A stretch of DNA of 64,000 nucleotides from positions 17,467 to 81,466 of the forward strand of contig CAIOMD010000011.1 of assembly GCA_903859365.1 (NCBI GenBank), written 5' to 3'. The stretch comes from an uncultured Candidatus Saccharibacteria bacterium (GTDB lineage: Bacteria; Patescibacteriota; Saccharimonadia; Saccharimonadales; CAIOMD01). Both the position numbers and the translations under genes were made by a program. Under the pieces are notes generated by a model. The model was not told the origin of the DNA. It ran no database searches and saw only the letters and a list, made by a program, of their open reading frames with translations. Positions 46,722 through 55,117 of this stretch are shown here, piece after piece; position 1 is the stretch's first letter; the number at the start of each line of letters is the position of its first letter.

Positions 46722-47606
46722 ATGCCAGAATTACCTGAAGTGGAAACAGTTCGAGCCGGACTCAGTAGATTGATTATAGGAAAAAATATAATCAGTGTAG
46801 ACTTTGATACTCCAAAAAGTTTTCCAAATACTCAAACTGACATAGATGCATTTCTTTTGAATACACATTTTATTTCCGCCAGAAGACGAGGCAAGGTATT
46901 AATGCTTGATTTGTCATCAGGCTATAGTTTAATGATTCATCTCAAGATGACCGGTCAACTTGTCTATAGAGGAGAAGAATCATTTGGAGCAGGGCATCCA
47001 AATGATAGTTTGATTGGTGAACTTCCTGATAAATCCACGCGAGTAACATTAAAATTTGCTCAAGGCGGCGTACTTTTTTTTAACGATCAAAGAAAATTTG
47101 GCTGGGCTCGACTACTGCCTACGGCCATTATTTCTAAAGAGCCGTTCATGATGAAACTGGGGCCTGAGCCTCTTGAAGATAGTTTCACATATGATCGATT
47201 CATATCACAATTAAAAAGGCGCCAAAATACTACTATCAAAGCTGCACTACTCGACCAAACAGTTTTAGCTGGAATAGGTAATATTTATGCTGACGAAAGT
47301 CTGTTTGCTGCAAAAATTCATCCCCAAAGTATCGTTAAGTGTGTACCTCAGGCTAAATTGCGCCTCCTGCATAGCGCTATAAAAGAGATACTTCTTTTTA
47401 GTATTGAAAAAGGTGGATCAACTGATCGCAATTATGTGAATGCTGAAGGTAAAAGGGGGAGCTATATAGATTTTGCAAAAGTTTTCAGAAAAGAAAATAT
47501 GCCTTGTCCGGTTTGCCAGCATGAGATAATAAAATTACGAGTTGCAGGGAGGGGTACGCATGTTTGTAAGTATTGCCAAAAACTCTATAAGGAAAAAATA
47601 AAATGA
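46722..47606 (+). CDS. mutM: Formamidopyrimidine-DNA glycosylase (Fpg/MutM)
   Basis: N-terminal MPELPEVETV, the H2TH region and a C-terminal zinc finger CPVCQ...CKYCQ. Confidence 0.93.
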   Translation: MPELPEVETVRAGLSRLIIGKNIISVDFDTPKSFPNTQTDIDAFLLNTHFISARRRGKVLMLDLSSGYSLMIHLKMTGQLVYRGEESFGAGHPNDSLIGELPDKSTRVTLKFAQGGVLFFNDQRKFGWARLLPTAIISKEPFMMKLGPEPLEDSFTYDRFISQLKRRQNTTIKAALLDQTVLAGIGNIYADESLFAAKIHPQSIVKCVPQAKLRLLHSAIKEILLFSIEKGGSTDRNYVNAEGKRGSYIDFAKVFRKENMPCPVCQHEIIKLRVAGRGTHVCKYCQKLYKEKIK

Positions 47607-48523
47607 TTTATTCATATTTTGGTACTAATAAATTCTTAAAAGATGAGCAAATAAAAAAGCTTATTGCTGAATTTGAAAAGCGCCATACCGCGCTTGCAAT
47701 TGATCATTTTAACGGTGAAGAAATGACTAAAGAGGTTCTCATAGACGCTCTCAGCACCGCTCCATTTCTAACAGAAAAGAAAATGGTAATTATAAATCAA
47801 CTTGGTGCTAATAAAACATTGTCTGAAAAAATAGTAAGCCTAGTGGAAATGACAGCATCGACAACCGATCTGGTGCTTGTAGAGAATAATTTTGATAGTA
47901 AGTCAGCGCTACATAATTATTTAAAAAAACACTCAACATTTTCAAATAGTAAAGAGCTAGACGAGCGTTTATTAGCCCAATGGGCACAAAATTATGCAAA
48001 AAATTCTGGAGCAACTTTGAGCGCAACCAACGCCCTATTTCTTGTTGATAGAATAGGACGCAATCAACTGCAGGTAGCACATGAAATTGATAAATTAGCA
48101 CTTTTTAGTAGTGATATAACAAAAGAAAGTATCGAACAGCTTGTTGATTTCACCCCTCACAGTCTGATCTTCGCAATGCTGGACGCAGCACTCAGTGGCA
48201 ATCTCACTAAGATGTTGAATTATTATGAAGAGCAAAAGATGCAGGGCACTGAACCACTCGCAATTCTCGGAATGATTATCTGGCAATTACATAATCTGGC
48301 CCTCACACAAGCAGGATCTGGGCTTTCAGTCGATGAAATTGCATCTAAAACAAAACTAAAACCCTATTCGATTCAAAAAAATCAAACAAGCCTTCGTTCT
48401 ATTAATCGCACAATATTAATTGCTTATATAGATAAAACAATAGAAGTCGATAAAAAAATAAAAACAAGTTCCGTTGATCATGACGATGCAATACGGAACT
48501 TGCTTGTTTCTTTTGCTAGATGA
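47603..48523 (+). CDS. holA: DNA polymerase III subunit delta
   Basis: The size, the N-terminal IYSYFGTNKFLKDEQ pattern, and the position coupled (ATGA overlap) to the upstream gene fit. Family recognition is moderate. Confidence 0.65.
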   Translation: MIYSYFGTNKFLKDEQIKKLIAEFEKRHTALAIDHFNGEEMTKEVLIDALSTAPFLTEKKMVIINQLGANKTLSEKIVSLVEMTASTTDLVLVENNFDSKSALHNYLKKHSTFSNSKELDERLLAQWAQNYAKNSGATLSATNALFLVDRIGRNQLQVAHEIDKLALFSSDITKESIEQLVDFTPHSLIFAMLDAALSGNLTKMLNYYEEQKMQGTEPLAILGMIIWQLHNLALTQAGSGLSVDEIASKTKLKPYSIQKNQTSLRSINRTILIAYIDKTIEVDKKIKTSSVDHDDAIRNLLVSFAR

Positions 48524-48913
48524 TTATTTCTTAGCTGTTGGTTTGGTTGTTTTCTTTGCAGTAGGTTTTGCTGCTTTTTTAGCTACCGGCTTTGTTGTTT
48601 TTTTAGAAGGGGTGGTAACTTTTTTAACAGTCTTTTTTGCTTCTGGTTTTGCGCCAGCGATTTTTACCATTTTAGCAAGTTGGCTTTTTTTGCGAGCAGC
48701 TTTATTCTTGTGAATAACATTTTTCTTTGCAGCTGTATCGACTGCACTGGTAGCTTTTACATGTGCTGCCGTAATTTCAGCAGTTTTTCCACTAGCTAGG
48801 GCAGTTTGTAATTCTTTCATTGCCTCACGAAGTGCTCGCTTAGTTTTTGAGTTTCGTGCGGCTGCTTTAGCTGCTACTTTAACTCTCTTTTTTGCTGATT
48901 GAATGATTGGCAT
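48524..48913 (-). CDS. rpsT: 30S ribosomal protein S20 with a Lys/Ala/Pro/Thr-rich C-terminal extension
   Basis: MPIIQSAKKRVKVAAKAAARNSKTKRALREAMK is a classic S20 N-terminus. An AAGGA SD lies 7 nt upstream of ATG 48913. The tail is KKTVKKVTTPSKKTTKPVAKKAAKPTAKKTTKPTAKK. Confidence 0.9.
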   Translation of the reverse strand: MPIIQSAKKRVKVAAKAAARNSKTKRALREAMKELQTALASGKTAEITAAHVKATSAVDTAAKKNVIHKNKAARKKSQLAKMVKIAGAKPEAKKTVKKVTTPSKKTTKPVAKKAAKPTAKKTTKPTAKK

Positions 48914-48972
48914 TAATGATTCCTTTATCTCTTTATGCTTGCAACTGCAACTATTATTTTCATCAATTTGCA

Positions 48973-49001
48973 ATTATAGCCTAAAGAAGTAAATTTTGCA
49001 A
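48973..49001 (-). promoter_or_regulatory. Candidate sigma-70-type promoter of rpsT
   Basis: The minus strand reads TTGCAA-N17-TATAAT. Confidence 0.6.
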
Positions 49002-49071
49002 TCATATCTATTGAAATGCTATTGCTTTTATGGTATCGTTTGAAAGTACAAGTAAAAAATAAAAACAAATA

Positions 49072-50556
49072 ATGGATACTACCTCTAAAACCCAAGCAAT
49101 TGATCGCCTAAAGAGCGCACAAAATATACTTATAACAGTAAGTAGCAATCCTTCGGTTGACCAACTTTCTGCGGCAATTGGAGCCGCCCTTTTGCTTACC
49201 AAGGCAGGTAAAAGTGCAACTGCAGTATTCAGTGGTCAGATGCCTTCTACGATCGAATTTTTAAAACCAGAAGAAACCTTTGAGAAAAATACAGATAGTT
49301 TACGAGACTTTATTATTTCACTAGATAAATCTAAAGCTGATAAGCTTCGTTATAAGGTTGAAGACAACGTAGTGAAGATATTCATCACTCCTTATAAGAC
49401 AAGCTTATCTAGTGCTGATCTCGTGTTTGGTGAAGGTGATTTTAATGTTGATGCAGTACTTGCACTCGGAGTAGATCAAAAAGAACATTTAGATAATGCA
49501 GTCATGTCACAAAGCAGAATTTTACATGACGCAACTCTTATTGGTTTTATGGCTGGAAAACTTGCTATTGATACGGGAAGTATCAATTGGCAAGACGAAA
49601 AAGCCTCAAGTCTTAGTGAAATGGTAGCGAGTATAGCTGATTCTTTTGGTTCAAATCTGCTCGACTCACAAATAGCCACTGCCTTTTTAACGGGAATTGT
49701 TGCAGAAACAGAACGATTTAGTAACGAAAAAACAACGCCGCAGGTGATGAACTTGAGTGCCATTTTAATGAGTGCAGGAGCTAACCAACAGCTTATATCT
49801 ACCGAATTAAGTGAGGGAGAAGAAGAAACACCGACCGATTTACCTAAACCTGATGAAGCAGGGCTCCTTGCGCTACCCGAGGTAAAAACTGAAGTACAGC
49901 CCCCTGAAGAGGCTCCTATTCCTACTCCGGTTCTCCCACCAACTCCACCTCCGACCCCGCCACCAACACAGCAATTTATGATGCCAGCGCCTATGCAATC
50001 TGATGCGCAGGCATTAGCTGATAAAAACCGACTTGATCAAATCAATATCGATGAGCAAGGTAATTTTGTGAGCGCAGAGGATCAAGCCAGCGGGGATGTT
50101 CCTTTGACGCAGGCACAAAATATGCCCGATCATCACGATAAGACTATTCAACCTCCAGCACACCCAAGCCCAGAAGTTTTCACTAAATATGTAGAGCAGG
50201 CGCCAATGAGCGGAGGAACGTTAACAGCAAATACGGTTCCCGAGGCTCTTGATCCTAGCACAGACCCTCTTTCGGGTACGCTTCCAAGCACCGCCCCAGG
50301 TATTGTAGGAGGAAATGCTGATGCAACCCTTCAGCAATCTATGAATCCCGAAGTGGCACGGCAAGCAGTGATTGATGCCGTTAACTCGGTAGTGCCTTCA
50401 CAGCCGGCTCAACCACTTGTTCCAATTCAAAATATCGGAGCACAAATTTTAGATGAGATTCCTCATCCGACAGATCAGATAGATAATTCCTCACCTGAAC
50501 AAAATGCACCACCTATGGTGCCACCACCATTGCCTCTCCCGAATCAGCAACTTTAA
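49072..50556 (+). CDS. DHH/NrnA-like domain protein with degenerate catalytic motifs and a long Pro-rich C-terminal region
   Basis: The N-terminus AIDRLKSAQNILITVSSNPSVDQLSAAIGAALLL aligns by eye with NrnA motif I, but His/Asp are replaced by Ser. The C-terminal ~230 aa are low-complexity (PPTPPPTPPPTQQ...). Confidence 0.4.
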   Translation: MDTTSKTQAIDRLKSAQNILITVSSNPSVDQLSAAIGAALLLTKAGKSATAVFSGQMPSTIEFLKPEETFEKNTDSLRDFIISLDKSKADKLRYKVEDNVVKIFITPYKTSLSSADLVFGEGDFNVDAVLALGVDQKEHLDNAVMSQSRILHDATLIGFMAGKLAIDTGSINWQDEKASSLSEMVASIADSFGSNLLDSQIATAFLTGIVAETERFSNEKTTPQVMNLSAILMSAGANQQLISTELSEGEEETPTDLPKPDEAGLLALPEVKTEVQPPEEAPIPTPVLPPTPPPTPPPTQQFMMPAPMQSDAQALADKNRLDQINIDEQGNFVSAEDQASGDVPLTQAQNMPDHHDKTIQPPAHPSPEVFTKYVEQAPMSGGTLTANTVPEALDPSTDPLSGTLPSTAPGIVGGNADATLQQSMNPEVARQAVIDAVNSVVPSQPAQPLVPIQNIGAQILDEIPHPTDQIDNSSPEQNAPPMVPPPLPLPNQQL

Positions 50557-51248
50557 TTTGGTTTAAAAAAGTAAAAGTTTTCGGTTTTTGAAGGTAGGCT
50601 TTCCATTCTTTGAATTATCATTTCAGCATCGTCGCGCTGAGACGCGTGGGCTCTCATAATTTTCTTTTTCAGTTCAAAAACAGAAGATATGTCTACGCTT
50701 AGATCAATTTCACTCGGAGATCGTCCCTTTGATCGGTACACAAAACTGGTATCAGGAGTTGGAAGCATATTTTCTGGTATACAAGCGAGCCATAGTTGTT
50801 TTATCTGGGGATATTGTTCCGCAAGTTTCACATAGACAAAACAGCTAACAAAGCTCATGACGATATGGTCGATATGCCCCGAAATTCCATTTTGATCCAT
50901 TGATATGAGCGTTATTTCACACTCTGGTTCATTTACGCAAATAGCTGCCACTATGCTTTCAACCTTACTTGCTATTTCTACGAACTGATCATTCGATAAT
51001 TTGCCATCTTCATAATTCAAATGGAACTGCTGCTTCACGCCAAGTAGCGTACCGGCGGCTTGCCATTCTTTTAATCTGACCGCACCGAGCGACGTATGCT
51101 TGTCTGGGTTATTACCACCACTACCATCTGTAGCAAGTATTAAATAGACGTCCGCTCCGTCTCTTATTTGCAGTGCTAATGTTCCTGACGGGCCAAACGA
51201 TTCATCATCAGGATGAGCAAAAATACCTATAAAAACTTTTTTCTTCAT
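50553..51248 (-). CDS. PIG-L/LmbE family deacetylase
   Basis: VFIGIFAHPDDESFGPSG, the ATDGSGG region and HIDH motifs. I chose the start at MKKKVFIG (51248). The 67 upstream codons of the ORF track overlap truB and are low-complexity. Confidence 0.8.
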   Translation of the reverse strand: MKKKVFIGIFAHPDDESFGPSGTLALQIRDGADVYLILATDGSGGNNPDKHTSLGAVRLKEWQAAGTLLGVKQQFHLNYEDGKLSNDQFVEIASKVESIVAAICVNEPECEITLISMDQNGISGHIDHIVMSFVSCFVYVKLAEQYPQIKQLWLACIPENMLPTPDTSFVYRSKGRSPSEIDLSVDISSVFELKKKIMRAHASQRDDAEMIIQRMESLPSKTENFYFFKPN

Positions 51249-51270
51249 ACATGTATTGTACAATTGCAAA

Positions 51271-51963
51271 ATGATAGAAGGACTACTTTTGGTAGATAAA
51301 CCAGAGAATATCTCAAGTTTTGGTGTTGTCTCTCGAGTGAGAGGTTGTTTAAAGGCTGGATTAAATGTAAAAAAACTTAAAGTGGGCCATTCTGGCACGC
51401 TTGATCCTGCTGCGACCGGACTCTTAGTGCTTGCAATTGGATCGTACACAAAAAGAATTCCCGAGTTACTGCTTAAAGATAAAGTCTACTCGGTTACGAT
51501 GAAACTTGGGCAAACATCTTCAACGGGTGACAAAGAAGGAGTGCTTAGCGACATTTTGGATATCCAGCCTGCTGAGGAAGAAATTCTACTAGCCCTTAAA
51601 AGATTTGAAGGCGAGATAGATCAGATTCCACCCATCTATAGTGCTATTAAAGTAAATGGCAGGAGGGCTTATGATCTCGCTAGAGAAGGCAAGGAAGTTA
51701 GTATGAAATCCCGAAAGGCTACTATTTTTAGTAATTCATTCAAAGCTTACGACTATCCATTTGTAACTTTTGAAAGCCATGTGGGAAGTGGCACTTACAT
51801 ACGAACTCTAGTCGAAGATATCGGTAAAGAGCTTGGGTGCGGAGCTTACATGTCCGATCTTAGAAGAACGCAAATTGGCGATTTTTCGGTTACTGATGCG
51901 ATGGTTCTCGATGATCTTTCTTACTCAAAAATTAATCAGTCGCTAATTTCTCTTGAAAGGTGA
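51271..51963 (+). CDS. truB: tRNA pseudouridine(55) synthase TruB
   Basis: GLLLVDKP, GHSGTLDPAATGLLVLAIG and IPPIYSAIKVNGRRAY. The start is at MIEG (51271). Confidence 0.92.
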   Translation: MIEGLLLVDKPENISSFGVVSRVRGCLKAGLNVKKLKVGHSGTLDPAATGLLVLAIGSYTKRIPELLLKDKVYSVTMKLGQTSSTGDKEGVLSDILDIQPAEEEILLALKRFEGEIDQIPPIYSAIKVNGRRAYDLAREGKEVSMKSRKATIFSNSFKAYDYPFVTFESHVGSGTYIRTLVEDIGKELGCGAYMSDLRRTQIGDFSVTDAMVLDDLSYSKINQSLISLER

Positions 51964-51981
51964 GTACTTTTCTGGTACAAT
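51953..51981 (+). promoter_or_regulatory. Candidate extended -10 promoter of rpsO inside the truB 3' end
   Basis: TTGAAA-N17-TACAAT with TG at -15/-14 (TGGTACAAT). The -10 element ends 10 nt before the rpsO ATG, and no SD lies between them. Confidence 0.55.
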
Positions 51982-51991
51982 ACACACCTGT

Positions 51992-52258
51992 ATGATTTCA
52001 ACAGCTAAAAAAGCAGACCTAATTAAGCAACACCAGACTAGTAAAACAGATACTGGTTCTCCTCAAGTGCAAGCAACTATCATGACTGCACGTATTTCTG
52101 AGATTACCGAACATCTTAAAGCAAACAAGCATGACAACATGGCTCGACGTGGCCTTCTACAACTCGTTGGTAAAAGACGACGTGCTTTACAGTACCTAGC
52201 AAGCAAAGATCCCCAAGGATACCTTGATATAATTGCAAAACTAGGCATTCGCCGGTAG
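51992..52258 (+). CDS. rpsO: 30S ribosomal protein S15
   Basis: TDTGSPQVQATIMTARISEITEHLKANKHDNMARRGLLQLVGKRRRALQYL. The start is at MISTAKK. Confidence 0.93.
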   Translation: MISTAKKADLIKQHQTSKTDTGSPQVQATIMTARISEITEHLKANKHDNMARRGLLQLVGKRRRALQYLASKDPQGYLDIIAKLGIRR

Positions 52259-52395
52259 TTTTTATCTTTTAGTCGTTTAATAATTTTATTAAAAATAGTA
52301 TAATTTAATAGTAATCATTAAGGTGATAGAGCACAGCTATACAAGGGTATATCTGAACCCTGTCACTTTGATGAAAAGAAAGGATTATTGCATTT

Positions 52396-54516
52396 ATGAG
52401 CGATATCATTAACCCATTTGGAAAAAAAATAACAACTGTTGAGACAGAATTGTTTGGTCGCAAGCTTAGTCTTGAAATTAATCGATTAGGTTTTAGAACT
52501 ACTGCCTCTGTTTTAGTTACGTATGGCGAAACTGTAGTGCTGGGTAGCGCGATGGTGAGCCAGCATCGATTAACCGGAATGGATTATTTTCCACTTAGTA
52601 TCGATTACGAAGAAAAAATGTATGCGGCTGGCAAAATTAGCGGCTCACGTTTTATTAAAAGAGAAGGTCGCCCCAGCGATGATGCTATCTTAATTGGACG
52701 CTTGATAGATCGTCCAATCCGTCCACTCTGGCCAAAAGGTTATCGACACGAAGTACAAGGAGTTGCAACTGTTCTTTCGCTTGATCCTACTTTTCGACCT
52801 GATGTTATCGCAATGATTGCAATGAGCGCAGCCTTTAGTTTAACCGGAGCGCCATTTGACGGTCCGGTAGCTGCACTTCGTGTAGGCCTTAATGAAGACG
52901 GCACTTTTGCTGCGTTTATGACAAACGAACAATACGATAATGGAGATCTCGATCTCGTTGTAGCTGCTACACAAGACGGTGTCATGATGGTTGAAGCTGG
53001 TGCAAGTGAAGTCTCGGAAGAAGTTATCGCAAAAGCAATTACCTGGGCGTTTAAGGAAATGCAACCAGCTATTGCCATCCAAAAAGAACTTGTCAAAAAA
53101 GTTAAGGTTGTAATGCAAGAGTATGAGCTTGATCTTCCTAAAGAAGAAATTCAAAAAGAAGTCGACGAATGGGTTGATGGTAAACTTGGGCACAAACTTC
53201 GCGCCGTGTATCCCGAGCGTAACGAACTCGTAAAATCACTTCGAGCTGACTTTCACGAGGTGCTTGAGGCAAAACACGGTGAAGAGGTATACAAAGAATT
53301 GCGTTCCAAATATGATGAAGCCTTTGAACTTGCTGTGCATAAAGATGTGCGTGCCGGGATCATAAAAGATGGTATTCGACCTGATGGACGCAAGCTGACT
53401 GAAATTCGAACTTTAAGCAGTGAAGTAGGCGTGCTTCCAAGGGTTCATGGGTCAAGTATATTTACCCGTGGCATGACACAGGCGCTTAATATTGTAACGT
53501 TAGCACCTCTTAGCTATTCACAAATCGTAGATACGATGGAAAGAGATAGTGAACGTCGATACATGCATCATTACAATGCACCTGGCTATACAGTTGGTGA
53601 AGTACGACGATTAAGCGGTCCTGGCCGACGTGAAATTGGTCACGGCTACCTTGCTGAACGTGCGCTTGCTGCTGTTCTACCTGACGAAGTCACCTTTCCG
53701 TATGCTATTCGTAGCGTTACTGAAATTATGAGTCAAAATGGCTCTACGAGTATGGCGGCTACCTGTAGTAGCACGCTCGCCCTTATGGATGCCGGTGTGC
53801 CTCTAAAAGCACCCGTTAGCGGTATCGCAATGGGCCTTATGCTTGAAAAAGATACACCATATATTTTGAGTGATATTGCTGACGCTGAAGACTTTGCGGG
53901 TGATATGGACTTTAAAGTGACTGGAACCGAGAAGGGTATTACCGCACTTCAGATGGATATGAAAGTACATGGTCTTAAGCCAGAAATTCTTGCTTCAACA
54001 CTAGAGCAAGCTAAAGAAGGCCGAAAACACATTCTAAAGCACATGCTTTCAGTAATCGACACACCACGCAAGTCATTGAGCCCGTATGCGCCCCGAGTTG
54101 AGAGTATAAAGATTAATCCTGACAAAATTCGCGACGTTATCGGTAAGGGCGGTGAAATGATCAATAAAATTATCGCTGAAACCGGTGCTGATATAGATAT
54201 CAAGGATGATGGCACTGTCTTTATTGCTAGCCCTGACCAAGCAAGTATTGAAGCGACCAAGAAATGGATAGAGCAATTAACAAAAGAACCTGAAGTAGGC
54301 ACGCTGTATGAAGGTACCGTCGTTAAGATTATGGACTTTGGTGCATTCGTAAACATTATGCCTGGTATTGATGGCATGGTGCATGTTAGTGAAATTGCTG
54401 AACAGCGAATCGGTCATCCTTCCGAGGTTCTCAAAGAAGGTGAAAAAGTTACTGTTAAGCTCATGGCAATTGATGAAAAAGGTCGGCTAAACCTAAGCAT
54501 CAAAAAGGCAAAGTAA
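52396..54516 (+). CDS. pnp: Polyribonucleotide nucleotidyltransferase (PNPase)
   Basis: Two RNase PH domains, a KH domain (IGKGGEMINKI) and an S1 domain (GTVVKIMDFGAFV) in the canonical order, over 706 aa. Confidence 0.96.
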   Translation: MSDIINPFGKKITTVETELFGRKLSLEINRLGFRTTASVLVTYGETVVLGSAMVSQHRLTGMDYFPLSIDYEEKMYAAGKISGSRFIKREGRPSDDAILIGRLIDRPIRPLWPKGYRHEVQGVATVLSLDPTFRPDVIAMIAMSAAFSLTGAPFDGPVAALRVGLNEDGTFAAFMTNEQYDNGDLDLVVAATQDGVMMVEAGASEVSEEVIAKAITWAFKEMQPAIAIQKELVKKVKVVMQEYELDLPKEEIQKEVDEWVDGKLGHKLRAVYPERNELVKSLRADFHEVLEAKHGEEVYKELRSKYDEAFELAVHKDVRAGIIKDGIRPDGRKLTEIRTLSSEVGVLPRVHGSSIFTRGMTQALNIVTLAPLSYSQIVDTMERDSERRYMHHYNAPGYTVGEVRRLSGPGRREIGHGYLAERALAAVLPDEVTFPYAIRSVTEIMSQNGSTSMAATCSSTLALMDAGVPLKAPVSGIAMGLMLEKDTPYILSDIADAEDFAGDMDFKVTGTEKGITALQMDMKVHGLKPEILASTLEQAKEGRKHILKHMLSVIDTPRKSLSPYAPRVESIKINPDKIRDVIGKGGEMINKIIAETGADIDIKDDGTVFIASPDQASIEATKKWIEQLTKEPEVGTLYEGTVVKIMDFGAFVNIMPGIDGMVHVSEIAEQRIGHPSEVLKEGEKVTVKLMAIDEKGRLNLSIKKAK

Positions 54517-54526
54517 ATAGCTCGTT

Positions 54527-55105
54527 ATGCCCCTCGAAAAAAAGGAGCAACTTGAACAAATTAGGGTAGATATTGAAAAAAATAATGTCTGCCCAGATTT
54601 GGCCAAGACAGCCAAGCACCTTGTTTTTGGATATGGAAATGTAGATGCAGAGATTCTCATAATAGGAGAAGCGCCCGGAAAAAAGGAAGACGAAACTGGT
54701 ATGCCGTTTGTAGGGGCGAGTGGCCGATTGCTCGACGAAATGCTATCCAGTATTTCGCTTAACAGGGAAGATGTGTATATAACAAATATTGTAAAATACC
54801 GTCCCCCCAATAATCGAGATCCGCTACAATCCGAGAAAGATCAGTTTTTACCCTATCTAAAACAACAAATTACCACTCTAGCACCGCTACTTGTCATTAC
54901 ACTAGGACGACATAGCATGCAGTGCTTTTTACCTAACGCCATCATCGGTGAGGCCCACGGATTACTCTTTAGAGTAAAACAGGAAAATATACTTCCTCTG
55001 TATCACCCGGCTGCAGGTATATATAACAGAACATTACGCGAGACGATGAAAAAAGATTTTGAAAAAATCCCAGAAATACTCGCATTAATTAGAAAAGAAA
55101 AGTAG
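54527..55105 (+). CDS. Uracil-DNA glycosylase, family 4
   Basis: GEAPGKKEDETGMPFVGASGRLL, and HPAA near the C-terminus. Confidence 0.85.
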   Translation: MPLEKKEQLEQIRVDIEKNNVCPDLAKTAKHLVFGYGNVDAEILIIGEAPGKKEDETGMPFVGASGRLLDEMLSSISLNREDVYITNIVKYRPPNNRDPLQSEKDQFLPYLKQQITTLAPLLVITLGRHSMQCFLPNAIIGEAHGLLFRVKQENILPLYHPAAGIYNRTLRETMKKDFEKIPEILALIRKEK

Positions 55106-55117
55106 GAGAAATACTAT

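Noticed and set aside
48474-48713. 79-aa hydrophobic plus-strand ORF
   Set aside because: It is antisense to the Lys-rich S20 tail (AAA/AAG read as TTT/CTT gives Phe/Leu-rich pseudo-TM sequence) and overlaps the holA 3' end.
51249-51449. N-terminal 67-codon extension of the PIG-L ORF, and codons 1-5 of the truB ORF as listed
   Set aside because: The extension overlaps truB on the opposite strand, is low-complexity, and precedes the conserved family N-terminus. Internal ATGs at 51248 and 51271 match homologue starts.
52305-52395. Possible RNase III-type autoregulatory hairpin in the pnp leader
   Set aside because: Only a short AGGGT/ACCCT stem with a highly asymmetric outer pairing could be drawn. 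That is not convincing without covariation data.
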